A stretch of DNA of 64,000 nt from Syntrophales bacterium. GTDB taxonomy: Bacteria > Desulfobacterota > Syntrophia > Syntrophales > UBA6807. The position numbers and the translations under genes were made by a program. Each line of letters opens with the position of its first letter. The stretch's first letter is position 1. The notes beneath the pieces are model-generated. The model was not told the DNA's origin. It searched no databases and was given only the letters and a program-made list of their open reading frames with translations. The stretch is taken from NCBI GenBank assembly GCA_040767195.1, contig JAXGPA010000002.1, forward strand, positions 96,001 to 160,000, written 5' to 3'. Of the stretch, positions 8,663 through 17,275 are shown piece after piece.

Positions 8663-9520
8663 TTATTTCTTCGTGTAGTCGTAGACCCCCTTGCCGGTCT
8701 TCCGCCCGTAACGACCGGCCCGGACCAGCTGAACCAGGAGGGGCGCCGGGCGGTACTTGTCCCCCAGTTCCCGGTGAAGGCCGTTCACCACGTGGAGAAG
8801 GGTCTCCAGGCCCACCAGGTCGGACAGCGCCAGTGGCCCGATGGGATGATTGCACCCCAGGACCATCCCCTTGTCGATGTCCTCGGGGGTGGCGATCCCC
8901 TCGCCCAGGGCGAAAAACGCCTCGTTCAGCATGACGCAGAGAATCCGGTTCACCGCGAAGGCCGGGGCCTCCTTCACCACGATCATGTCCTTCCCGATTT
9001 TCTTCCCCCAGGCCTTGGCGATTTCCAGGGTTTCATCGGATGTCTCATATCCCCGGATGATCTCCAGGAGCCTCATCACCGGCACGGGATTGAAGAAATG
9101 GGTCCCGATGAACCGCTCCGGGCGCTTCGTCATCGCCGCGATCTCCGTGATGCTGAGCCCCGACGTGTTCGTGAAGAACAGGCAGTGGTCCGGAACGATC
9201 GTCTCGAGTTCCTGGAACACCTTCTTTTTCACGTCCATGACCTCGATGATCACTTCCACCACCACGTCCACCCCCGTGGCGGCCTCTTTCAGGTCCACGC
9301 ACGGCTTGATCCGTCCCAGGATCGCCTCCATTTCCTCCTTGGTCCGTTTCCCCTTCTCCACATCCCGGGACAGGTTCTTCCGAATCGTATTCATCCCGCC
9401 GTCCACGAACCGCTGCTCGATGTCCCGCATCCGGACCTCGTATCCCGCCTGGGCGCAGACCTGGGTGATCCCGCTTCCCATGAGCCCCGCTCCCAACACG
9501 CAGATTTTCTGAATTTCCAT
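8663..9520 (-). CDS. hbd: 3-hydroxyacyl-CoA (3-hydroxybutyryl-CoA) dehydrogenase
   Basis: [30 protein letters not shown] and [11 protein letters not shown] motifs. Confidence 0.9.
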   Translation of the reverse strand: MEIQKICVLGAGLMGSGITQVCAQAGYEVRMRDIEQRFVDGGMNTIRKNLSRDVEKGKRTKEEMEAILGRIKPCVDLKEAATGVDVVVEVIIEVMDVKKKVFQELETIVPDHCLFFTNTSGLSITEIAAMTKRPERFIGTHFFNPVPVMRLLEIIRGYETSDETLEIAKAWGKKIGKDMIVVKEAPAFAVNRILCVMLNEAFFALGEGIATPEDIDKGMVLGCNHPIGPLALSDLVGLETLLHVVNGLHRELGDKYRPAPLLVQLVRAGRYGRKTGKGVYDYTKK

Positions 9521-9569
9521 GTGCCGCCTCCTTTTGTGGTTTATTTATCCTTCATAATCGGGATTGCTT

Positions 9570-10937
9570 TCAATTTCCACTAAAAAACCACTGCTTATTC
9601 AGCCAGTGCATTTTCTTCGCTTCCTCGACGAGTTCGTCCCGGAAATCGGGATGGGCCAGGTTCACGATGGCCAGGACCCTCTCGGGAATGGAAAGGCCCT
9701 TCAGGTAGGCCACGCCGTATTCGGTGACGAGATAGGACACGTCCACCCGGGGGACCGTGACGATCTCGCCGGGGGGGATGGTGGGCTTGATCCGGGATTT
9801 CAGGTTCCCCTGGCTGTCCCGGTAGGTGGCGTGGAAAGCCAGGATGGACTTGTTTCCCGGGTATCCCATGGGAGGCTGGCCCTTCGTGGTCCGGTAATAG
9901 GCTCCCCGGACGAAGGCGAGCTGCCCGCCCGTCCCGGAGTACTGGGCCGGGCCGATGGACTCGGAGCTCACCTGCCCCTGGAGATCCACCCCCAGGCAGG
10001 CGTTGATGGAGACGAGATTCCGGTTGAGGGAAATGATGTTGGGGTCGTTGGTGAACTCGACGGGATACATGGCCAGCGCCGGATTGTGATCGAGCCAGTC
10101 GTAGAGCTTCCGGCTGCCGATGGCGAAGGCCCAGACGATCTTTTCGGGGATGAAGGTCTTTTTCTTTCCCGTGATGAGGCCCGCCTCGTGGAGCTCCACC
10201 ATGGCCTCCGTCACCATTTCCGTGTGGATCCCGATGTCCTTCGCCCCGCTGTCGGCGAGAAGCCGCAGGACCGTGTCGGGAAGGCCGCCGATGCCGATCT
10301 GGAGGCAGGGCCCGTCCTTGGGAATGAGATCGGCGATGTACTGCGCGATGACCTTGTCCGTCTCCGACGCCCCCGGTGACGGGATGGCGATCATCCTGTC
10401 CGTCGTGTTCTCGATGACGTAATCCACGTCGGACAGGTGGATGCACTCATCGTAACCCCCATAGCACCAGGGCATGTCCTCGATGACCTCGACGACCTTG
10501 ACCTTCGCCTTGTCGAAAACGGCTTTCTTGAAGTTGCAAAGAGGCCCGAAATTGAAATACCCGTGCCTGTTCATGGGGGTCACCGTCTGAACAGCCACGT
10601 CCACATCGATGTCTTCCCGGTAGTAACGGGCGGTCTCCCCGAAATTATAGGGATTGTGGGTGCCCCGGTTCTCCGCCAGGTATTTCCTGGTCAGTCCCAG
10701 GATGTGCCAGTTTCCAACCCAGAAGGCCTTCCCTTCCGAATCCTTTTCCATGATCTCGAACGGTGCCAGGTGACCGAGCGTGCGCACCTTGACCCCCTTC
10801 AGCTCCCCGGCCCGCGCCGCCAGCGCCCGGTCGAACGCCCGGGGCGGCTGAATGGTCCCGTAATCGACCCACATGCCGTTTCCGACCAGGGCCGCCACCT
10901 GTTCCGCCGTCGCCGATTTACCGCCATACTTCGACAT
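9570..10937 (-). CDS. Acetyl-CoA hydrolase/transferase family CoA-transferase (4-hydroxybutyrate/butyryl-CoA type)
   Basis: LQIGIGGLP, GIHTEM, SGTGGQLAF and VTEYGVA.LKG motifs. An AGGAGG RBS precedes the ATG at 10937. Confidence 0.9.
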   Translation of the reverse strand: MSKYGGKSATAEQVAALVGNGMWVDYGTIQPPRAFDRALAARAGELKGVKVRTLGHLAPFEIMEKDSEGKAFWVGNWHILGLTRKYLAENRGTHNPYNFGETARYYREDIDVDVAVQTVTPMNRHGYFNFGPLCNFKKAVFDKAKVKVVEVIEDMPWCYGGYDECIHLSDVDYVIENTTDRMIAIPSPGASETDKVIAQYIADLIPKDGPCLQIGIGGLPDTVLRLLADSGAKDIGIHTEMVTEAMVELHEAGLITGKKKTFIPEKIVWAFAIGSRKLYDWLDHNPALAMYPVEFTNDPNIISLNRNLVSINACLGVDLQGQVSSESIGPAQYSGTGGQLAFVRGAYYRTTKGQPPMGYPGNKSILAFHATYRDSQGNLKSRIKPTIPPGEIVTVPRVDVSYLVTEYGVAYLKGLSIPERVLAIVNLAHPDFRDELVEEAKKMHWLNKQWFFSGN

Positions 10938-11118
10938 CCATGAACCTCCTTGTTTTATTCCACCGCGCCCTCGGAGAATCGCCCCCGGCGGGATGGATAC
11001 ATCTTCCCCGGTTTTTCCGCTTTCACACGGCTTCACCGGAACGGACTTCCTGAAAAGGAACCCCGGTGCCCCGGACACGGGAATGTCTTCAGGTACCCCC
11101 ATTTTTTTCAGACAAGGT

Positions 11119-11188
11119 TATTTAGAAAGGTCGGGCGGGCAAGGCAATATGAAAAGAATATTTATAAAACCTTTATTATTTATAAAGG
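11119..11188. promoter_or_regulatory. AT-rich repeated operator-like sites upstream of the acyl-CoA operon
   Basis: TATTTATAAA at 11159-11168 and 11177-11186, and TATTTAGAAA at 11119-11128. Confidence 0.4.
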
Positions 11189-12793
11189 CTATCGAAGGGA
11201 GAGGAGATGAACCCGAAGGTTGGATTTCTTCCGGTTCAACCCCATTTTCTTCCGGATGTGGTGGCGGTGGATTTCCACGGTGGCCGGGGAAACGTGGAGG
11301 AACGCGGCGATATCCTTGGTGGTTTTTCCCTCCCGGATGAGATCGGCGATCCGGAATTCCGTGGGGGTCAGGTTCAGTTCCCGGGAGGACATTTTTCGGG
11401 CGTAAGGCGCCACGATGTCCCGGAGATGGGACTCGAGGATGGACAGGCAGGTCGCATCGGTCCCCTCGAGGGAGCCTTTCTTCAATCTCTCCACGTAAGG
11501 CATGACCAGCTTTTCCACGTTCGAGAGGATCTTCTCCTCCAGTTCCACCTTGTCCTCCTCCCGCCGTTTCAGGAGGACCCTCAGGGCAGCGTTCACCTCC
11601 TCCAGTTCGTGTGTCTTTTCCTCCAGTTCCCGCTCCCGCCTTTTGAGGATTTCCTCCGCCTTTTTCCGTTCCGAGATGTCGGCGAAGGAGGCCACGCTCC
11701 TTTTCGTCCCCGGAATCATGGATATGGTGATGATCACCTCCCGGACGTTCCCTTCCCGGTCCACGAGGCTGAACTCGTAATTCCGGGGAGCCGACCGGGG
11801 ATCGACCCGCCGGCGGCGATGGTAGTCGAGCATTCTCTCCATGTCCTTCTCGTGGACGAACTCGGTCCAGCTCCGCTTCCCCTCCCAGTAAGACTTGGGC
11901 GCCCCCGACAGCTTCTCGAACTCGCTGTTCACCAGGGTCACCGTCGTGTCTTCCTCCACGATGATCGTCGCCGTCCCCGTGGTCTCGAAAATCGTCCGGT
12001 ACCGGTCCTCCGATTCCCGAAGCTTCTCCTCCGCCTTGCGCCTCTCCGAGATGTCGGCGAAGGAGGCCACGCTCCTTTTCGTCCCCGGAATCATGGAAAT
12101 GGTGATGATCACCTCCCGGACGTTCCCCTCCCGGTCCACGAGGCTGAACTCGTAATTCCGGGGCACCCCCTCGGGATCGACCCGCCGGCGGCGGTGGTAA
12201 TCCAGCATCATCTGAACATCCTTTTCGTGGACGAACTCGGTCCAGCGCCGCTTCCCCTCCCAGTATGACTTGGGCGCCCCCGACAGCTTCTCGAACTCGC
12301 TGTTCACCAGGGTCACCGTCGTGTCCTCCTCCACGATGATCGTCGCCGTCCCCGTGGTCTCGAAAATCGTCCGGTACCGGTCCTCCGATTCCCGAAGCTT
12401 CTCCTCCGCCTTCATCCGGTCGGTGATGTCCATGGAGCTCCCGAGAAGGGCGGGCCGCCCCTGGTAGGAGAGAGGGGTCACCGTTTCCATGATCCACCGG
12501 ACCCGGCCCTGCTTCGTCACGATCCGGAAGACATAGGGAGACGTCCTCTGCCCCCGGAGCATGTCCCGGGCATTCGTCTTGACCCGGACCCGGTCTTCGG
12601 GGTGAACCACGCTGTCCGCCTTGATCCCGAGAAGCTCGTCCATTTCATATCCGGCGTAGGTGGCCGCCTTTTCGTTCACGAATCGGAATTTTCCGTCCTG
12701 GACCAGGTAAATCCCGGCGAAGGATTTTTCCGTGAGGGTCTTAAGCATCTGTTCCCTTTCCCGGTCCTGCTTTTCTTTCTTTTCTCCCATCAT
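11189..12793 (-). CDS. Triple-PAS, LuxR-type HTH transcriptional regulator
   Basis: Three PAS/PAC domains, a coiled coil, and C-terminal LTPTEFRIADLIREGKTTKDIA...TVEIHRHHIRKKMG. An alternative start exists at 12841. Confidence 0.9.
   Translation of the reverse strand: MMGEKKEKQDREREQMLKTLTEKSFAGIYLVQDGKFRFVNEKAATYAGYEMDELLGIKADSVVHPEDRVRVKTNARDMLRGQRTSPYVFRIVTKQGRVRWIMETVTPLSYQGRPALLGSSMDITDRMKAEEKLRESEDRYRTIFETTGTATIIVEEDTTVTLVNSEFEKLSGAPKSYWEGKRRWTEFVHEKDVQMMLDYHRRRRVDPEGVPRNYEFSLVDREGNVREVIITISMIPGTKRSVASFADISERRKAEEKLRESEDRYRTIFETTGTATIIVEEDTTVTLVNSEFEKLSGAPKSYWEGKRSWTEFVHEKDMERMLDYHRRRRVDPRSAPRNYEFSLVDREGNVREVIITISMIPGTKRSVASFADISERKKAEEILKRRERELEEKTHELEEVNAALRVLLKRREEDKVELEEKILSNVEKLVMPYVERLKKGSLEGTDATCLSILESHLRDIVAPYARKMSSRELNLTPTEFRIADLIREGKTTKDIAAFLHVSPATVEIHRHHIRKKMGLNRKKSNLRVHLLSLR
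11670..12412. repeat. 375-bp intragenic tandem duplication encoding PAS domains 2 and 3
   Basis: 11670-12037 recurs at an offset of exactly 375 nt (12045-12412) with few differences. Confidence 0.95.
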
Positions 12794-12936
12794 TTTCGAG
12801 ATCCCCGTTATCTTTTTAACCTTGCCAGAAACCGTAAACATTCATATCACAGAAACGAGGACCGATAAAACGCCCCCGAAAAAATGGACATGGAAACGGA
12901 AACATTATATGTGACACATTAAAAACTGAGTCGGGC

Positions 12937-14961
12937 ATGGCGGTCGTTCTTCTCATACTGGGCTTTTTTGCTGTTGCGGTTACGCTTGACTTCGCCGACG
13001 GACCGGAACGCCGGTTGCCGTTCATCCGTCACCGTATGATGGAATGCGCTCTCACCTTTTCGCTCCTTGCCTACGGGATCACAGAAGGGCTCTCTCTTTT
13101 CCATTGGATCTCTTTCTCAGGGGTCTTCGTCTCCTGGTTCTTGGTATTTCTTTTCGGCCTTTTCCTTTTCCTCGCAGGAAGAGGGAAAAGAAGAGCCATC
13201 GAAATCCGCGACCGGATGCCTCGAAAGTTGTCACGTCTCGAAATCGCCTTGATTATTGCCATGGTATTTATTCTCCTGGCGACCCTCGTAACAGCTCTCA
13301 TGTATCCGCCGAACAACTGGGACTCCATGACCTATCACCTCTCCAGAGTGGCCAACTGGATGGAGCACCAAAGCATCCGCTTTTATCCGACCTCCAATCC
13401 ACGCCAGATCGTGTATCAGCCCATGGCTGAATTTCTGATTCTTCACACCATGGTTCTCTCCGCATCCGACTTCTTCGCGAACGGCGTCCAGTGGACCGCA
13501 TTTCTTCTGTCAATACTCGGCATCTCCCTGATCGCTGAAGAACTAGGGGCAAACCGGAAAACCCAGATCGTCACCGCAGCCATCGGTGCCACATTGCCCA
13601 TGGCCATCCTTCAGGCATCGAGCACGCAAAATGACCTCGTTGCAACGCTCTATATCGTGGCCTTCTCATATTTCATCCTGAGGCTCCGCAAGGAAGACAC
13701 GCTTAGGAACATCTTTTTCGCCGGCACGGCCCTCGGTTTGGCGATGCTGACGAAAGGATACGCCTATGTTTTTTGCTTGCCTGTTTTCATGCTGTACGTC
13801 GTCAGAAACCTGAGATTCCCCTGGCTTCTCGCTCGAACGGTCCTGGTATTTTCCTGCCTCGTCGTTGTTCTCAATGGGGCACACTATGTAAGAAATACAG
13901 TTGTTTACGGCCATCCTCTCGGCGACGCTCCCCGGAATCATTCGAACGAGGTTCTGTCCTGGAAAACAGTTGTTTCAAACATGACCCGGGACATCGCCTG
14001 GCACCTTTCATCCCCGTCCACGACAATGAACGACGCCTTGTTCACGTCCGTCGATAAAATCCATCGGATGATGGGCCTCGACATTAACGATACAAAAATG
14101 ACCTGGAAAGGAACAAACTTCACCCTCCCTCCCTCTTTTTGTCCTCATGAAGACATGGCACAGAATTTCACCACCACGGTCCTACTCCTCTTTTCCATCC
14201 CCTTTTTCTTCCTGGCATTCAAAAGAGGCCCGGAAAAAATGGAGATTGCGGCCTATCTTCTTGCCGTCGTCTTCTCTTATGTCCTTTTCTCCCTTATGCT
14301 GAAATGGATGCCGTGGAATTCAAGGCTTCACACCCCCGTCTTCTTTCTTCTCGCGCCCTTTCTGGCTCTGGCCTGGTCCCAGTATGGGAAAATTCTATCG
14401 CCGATTCTGGCCGGCCTCTTGCTCTTTTCCCTGCCCTTTCTTTTTCTCAATCTCTCCCGGCCCCTGATTCATCCGCCGGACAGATTCATAGACGGCCTGC
14501 CCTTTGCCGAAAGGCTCAAACCTCGTTTTCACCTGGCCGAAGGGGGGCGGACGGATCGCAGGTTCATCAATTTCCCCGAACTGAGAGAGCCATACCTGGA
14601 CGTCATCGGATACGTCAAGGATCGGGGTTTCGAAAAAGTGGGTCTTCTCCTGTCCGGAGACGACTGGGATTACCCCATTCTCTACCTTCTTCGGAAAGAA
14701 AAGACTCCGCAAAGGATATTCCGCTACGTCAACGTCACGAATCCCTCTTCAAGCATCGCTTCGGAAAACTGGCCGCCGGACTGCATCATCAGGACTCAAG
14801 AGGGCCGGGAAACAGTGATGGTTTCCGGGAACCCCTACCGGATGACCCGATCCTCTGGAATGGTATCCGTGCTCGAACCATCGTCAGGTGTCGCTTCTCT
14901 TTCACGAATACGCAAAGAAACACCGAATCTTCATAAGAAAGATGGAAACCAAAAAGGATAG
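12937..14961 (+). CDS. Polytopic membrane glycosyltransferase, GT-C fold (ArnT/PMT-like)
   Basis: Many TM segments, P.NWDSMTYHL, QASSTQND and GLA.LTK motifs. Confidence 0.75.
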   Translation: MAVVLLILGFFAVAVTLDFADGPERRLPFIRHRMMECALTFSLLAYGITEGLSLFHWISFSGVFVSWFLVFLFGLFLFLAGRGKRRAIEIRDRMPRKLSRLEIALIIAMVFILLATLVTALMYPPNNWDSMTYHLSRVANWMEHQSIRFYPTSNPRQIVYQPMAEFLILHTMVLSASDFFANGVQWTAFLLSILGISLIAEELGANRKTQIVTAAIGATLPMAILQASSTQNDLVATLYIVAFSYFILRLRKEDTLRNIFFAGTALGLAMLTKGYAYVFCLPVFMLYVVRNLRFPWLLARTVLVFSCLVVVLNGAHYVRNTVVYGHPLGDAPRNHSNEVLSWKTVVSNMTRDIAWHLSSPSTTMNDALFTSVDKIHRMMGLDINDTKMTWKGTNFTLPPSFCPHEDMAQNFTTTVLLLFSIPFFFLAFKRGPEKMEIAAYLLAVVFSYVLFSLMLKWMPWNSRLHTPVFFLLAPFLALAWSQYGKILSPILAGLLLFSLPFLFLNLSRPLIHPPDRFIDGLPFAERLKPRFHLAEGGRTDRRFINFPELREPYLDVIGYVKDRGFEKVGLLLSGDDWDYPILYLLRKEKTPQRIFRYVNVTNPSSSIASENWPPDCIIRTQEGRETVMVSGNPYRMTRSSGMVSVLEPSSGVASLSRIRKETPNLHKKDGNQKG

Positions 14962-15379
14962 TGGTCCCGTTCTCTCCGCAGGAATCGTCATTGCCCGGAA
15001 AGAGAGGGAGGGCTGGAAGTTTCTCGTCCTTCGGGCCTATCGAAACTGGGACTTCCCCAAGGGTGTCGTGGAGGGGGAAGAAGATCCCCGGGAAGCGGCC
15101 GTCCGGGAGGTGCGCGAGGAAACGGGTATCACGGACCTCGTTTTTCCCTGGGGATTCGACTTCCGGGAGACGGCCCCCTATGCCGGCCGGGGGTGGAAGA
15201 TCGCCCGGTATTACCTGGCCGAAACCCGGGAAGAAAAGGTCGTCTTTTCCACAAACCCCGAGATCGGGAAACCGGAACATCACGAATACCGGTGGGTTGG
15301 CCGGGACGAGATGAAAGACCTCCTTCCGGAGCGGCTCGGCCCCATCCTGGAATGGGTCAGCGACCGGGTGGGGACATGA
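14942..15379 (+). CDS. NUDIX hydrolase (asymmetrical Ap4A hydrolase-like)
   Basis: SAGIV, WDFPKG.VE.EEDP.EAA.REV.EETG (Nudix box) and EH..YRW motifs. Confidence 0.9.
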   Translation: METKKDSGPVLSAGIVIARKEREGWKFLVLRAYRNWDFPKGVVEGEEDPREAAVREVREETGITDLVFPWGFDFRETAPYAGRGWKIARYYLAETREEKVVFSTNPEIGKPEHHEYRWVGRDEMKDLLPERLGPILEWVSDRVGT

Positions 15380-15394
15380 CGGGACCGCAGAGGG

Positions 15395-17038
15395 CTAAGG
15401 CTTCAGGACGTATCGCTGCTCGCCGGCGGGCACGTACCATCGGATGAGATTGTGACCGATCCCGATGGGCGCCGGCTCGATGCCGCGGAAGCGGCTGCTC
15501 ACAATGGGAAGGGCGTCAGGCACGTACAGAAAGGTGTAAGGCTGGTCCTCCGCCAGGATCTCCTGAAACCGGTCGTAGTACTTCTTCCGCTCCCCCTGGT
15601 CAAAGGTGCTTCTCCCCTTTTCCAGGAGACCGTCCACCTCGGGATTCCCGTAGGAAATGAAGTTCAGTTCCCCCGGTTTCGTCTTGCTCGAGTGCCAGAC
15701 GTCATACGGATCGGGGTCCATGGTGATGGTCCAGCCCAGTATGGTGGCGTCGAACCTGCCCTTGTTGATGAAATCGTTGATGAAAGCCGCCCACTCGATA
15801 ACCCGGATCTTTACCTCCATGCCCAGGTCCGCCAGCCGGCGCTGGATGATCTCGGCGCACTTGGCCCGGACCTCGTTGCCCTGGTTGGTGACGATCTCGA
15901 AAGTGAAGGGCCTTCCGTCCCGGTCGATCCTCCCATCCCCGTCCGTGTCCCGCCACCCCGCTTCGGAAAGAAGAAGCCGGGCTTTCCCGGGATCGTACGG
16001 GTAGAGCCGGACATGGGGGTTGTAGGCCCAGGTCCCGGGCTTGAAGGGCCCTGTGGCCGCCTGCCCCAGGCCGAGAAGGACCCCTTCGATGATCTCCTCC
16101 TTGTTCACGGCGTAAGAAATCGCCTGCCGGACCCGTCGATCCTGGAAAAGGGGGTTTTGCAGGTTATACCCGAGATAGGTGTATGAAAAAGACAGGTATC
16201 TGTATTTGTTGTATTTCTTCTTAAACAGGGCGTTTTCCGTCTGCCTCGTGTACTGAAGGGGGGTCAGGTTCATCTGGTCGATTCCCCCCGCCCGGAGTTC
16301 GAGAAACATGGTCGACATATCGGGAATGACCCGCATGATGTATCCGTCAATGTAAGGCCTTCCCTCGAAATAGTCGGGGTTGTAAGCCAGGACGATTTTC
16401 TCTCCCGTGACCCATTCCCGGAAACGGAACGGACCTGTCCCGACGGGGTGCCTCGTCAAGGGGGATTTCGTGATGTCCCGGCCTTCCAGGAGATGGCGGG
16501 GGAGAATCGCCGCCCCCCAGCTCGCCAGAGCCGGCGCGAAGGGTTTTTCATAGAAAACCCGGAACGTGTGGGAATCGGGAACCTCCGCTTTTTTCACCAT
16601 CAGAAAATCGCCCGAATAGGCCGTCGGCGTGTTCGGGTCTATGGTGACCCGGTAGGTGTAAAGAACGTCGTGGGCCGTAAAGGGCTCCCCGTCATGCCAG
16701 CGGACACCTTTCCGGAGATGAAAGGTGATGACGAGGCCGTCCGGTGAGATGTCCCAGGACTCGGCGAGGTCTCCCGTGAGGTTCAGGTTTTTGTCATACT
16801 TGACGAGGCCGTTGAAGACGAGCCCCGATATCCCGTGAGAGGCCGAATCGCTGGAAAGGATGGGGATCAGGTTGGAAGCGTCCCCGATGGATCCTTCGAT
16901 GAGGAGATCCCCGCGGGCGGGGACGGCCGGCGATGCCGCTTGCGGCGTCCCGTCCTTTTCAGAGGACTCCCCCTGGCAGCCGCAAAGACAGACAAAAACG
17001 AGCGCTCCTGCGAAGAGGCGCCTGAACGGTTTCTTCAT
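15395..17038 (-). CDS. Peptide ABC transporter substrate-binding lipoprotein (family 5, AppA-like)
   Basis: LCGC lipobox, GDLAESW, F.LR.GV.WHDG.PFTA.DV, PVGTGPF and D.RVRQAI motifs. Confidence 0.92.
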   Translation of the reverse strand: MKKPFRRLFAGALVFVCLCGCQGESSEKDGTPQAASPAVPARGDLLIEGSIGDASNLIPILSSDSASHGISGLVFNGLVKYDKNLNLTGDLAESWDISPDGLVITFHLRKGVRWHDGEPFTAHDVLYTYRVTIDPNTPTAYSGDFLMVKKAEVPDSHTFRVFYEKPFAPALASWGAAILPRHLLEGRDITKSPLTRHPVGTGPFRFREWVTGEKIVLAYNPDYFEGRPYIDGYIMRVIPDMSTMFLELRAGGIDQMNLTPLQYTRQTENALFKKKYNKYRYLSFSYTYLGYNLQNPLFQDRRVRQAISYAVNKEEIIEGVLLGLGQAATGPFKPGTWAYNPHVRLYPYDPGKARLLLSEAGWRDTDGDGRIDRDGRPFTFEIVTNQGNEVRAKCAEIIQRRLADLGMEVKIRVIEWAAFINDFINKGRFDATILGWTITMDPDPYDVWHSSKTKPGELNFISYGNPEVDGLLEKGRSTFDQGERKKYYDRFQEILAEDQPYTFLYVPDALPIVSSRFRGIEPAPIGIGHNLIRWYVPAGEQRYVLKP

Positions 17039-17275
17039 CGGAACGGGAACCCCGGGACGTTATTTTCCGGGGCGATACCCGGAAACACACAGGATTTATA
17101 CCACAGATCCCGGTGGATTTCTCCTTTTCCTTGCAAGGAGATGCGTCTTCGAGGTATCGTTCGCGGGAAAAGGAACCGGGGCGAAGGAAACGGCCCGGAC
17201 GAAACGTTCCGGGTCCGCGGCCGGGGCCCGGACCTGGGCGTCACCCCCGAAAAAGGAGACACGGACGGCCCTTCC

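Noticed and set aside
11670..12412. The repeat as a CRISPR array or mobile element
   Set aside because: It is two in-frame 375-bp coding copies with no spacers, terminal repeats or cas genes.
16835..17275. 147-aa N-terminal extension of the molybdopterin oxidoreductase in the ORF track
   Set aside because: It overlaps the divergent SBP gene. The RBS and the family N-terminus support the ATG at 17276.
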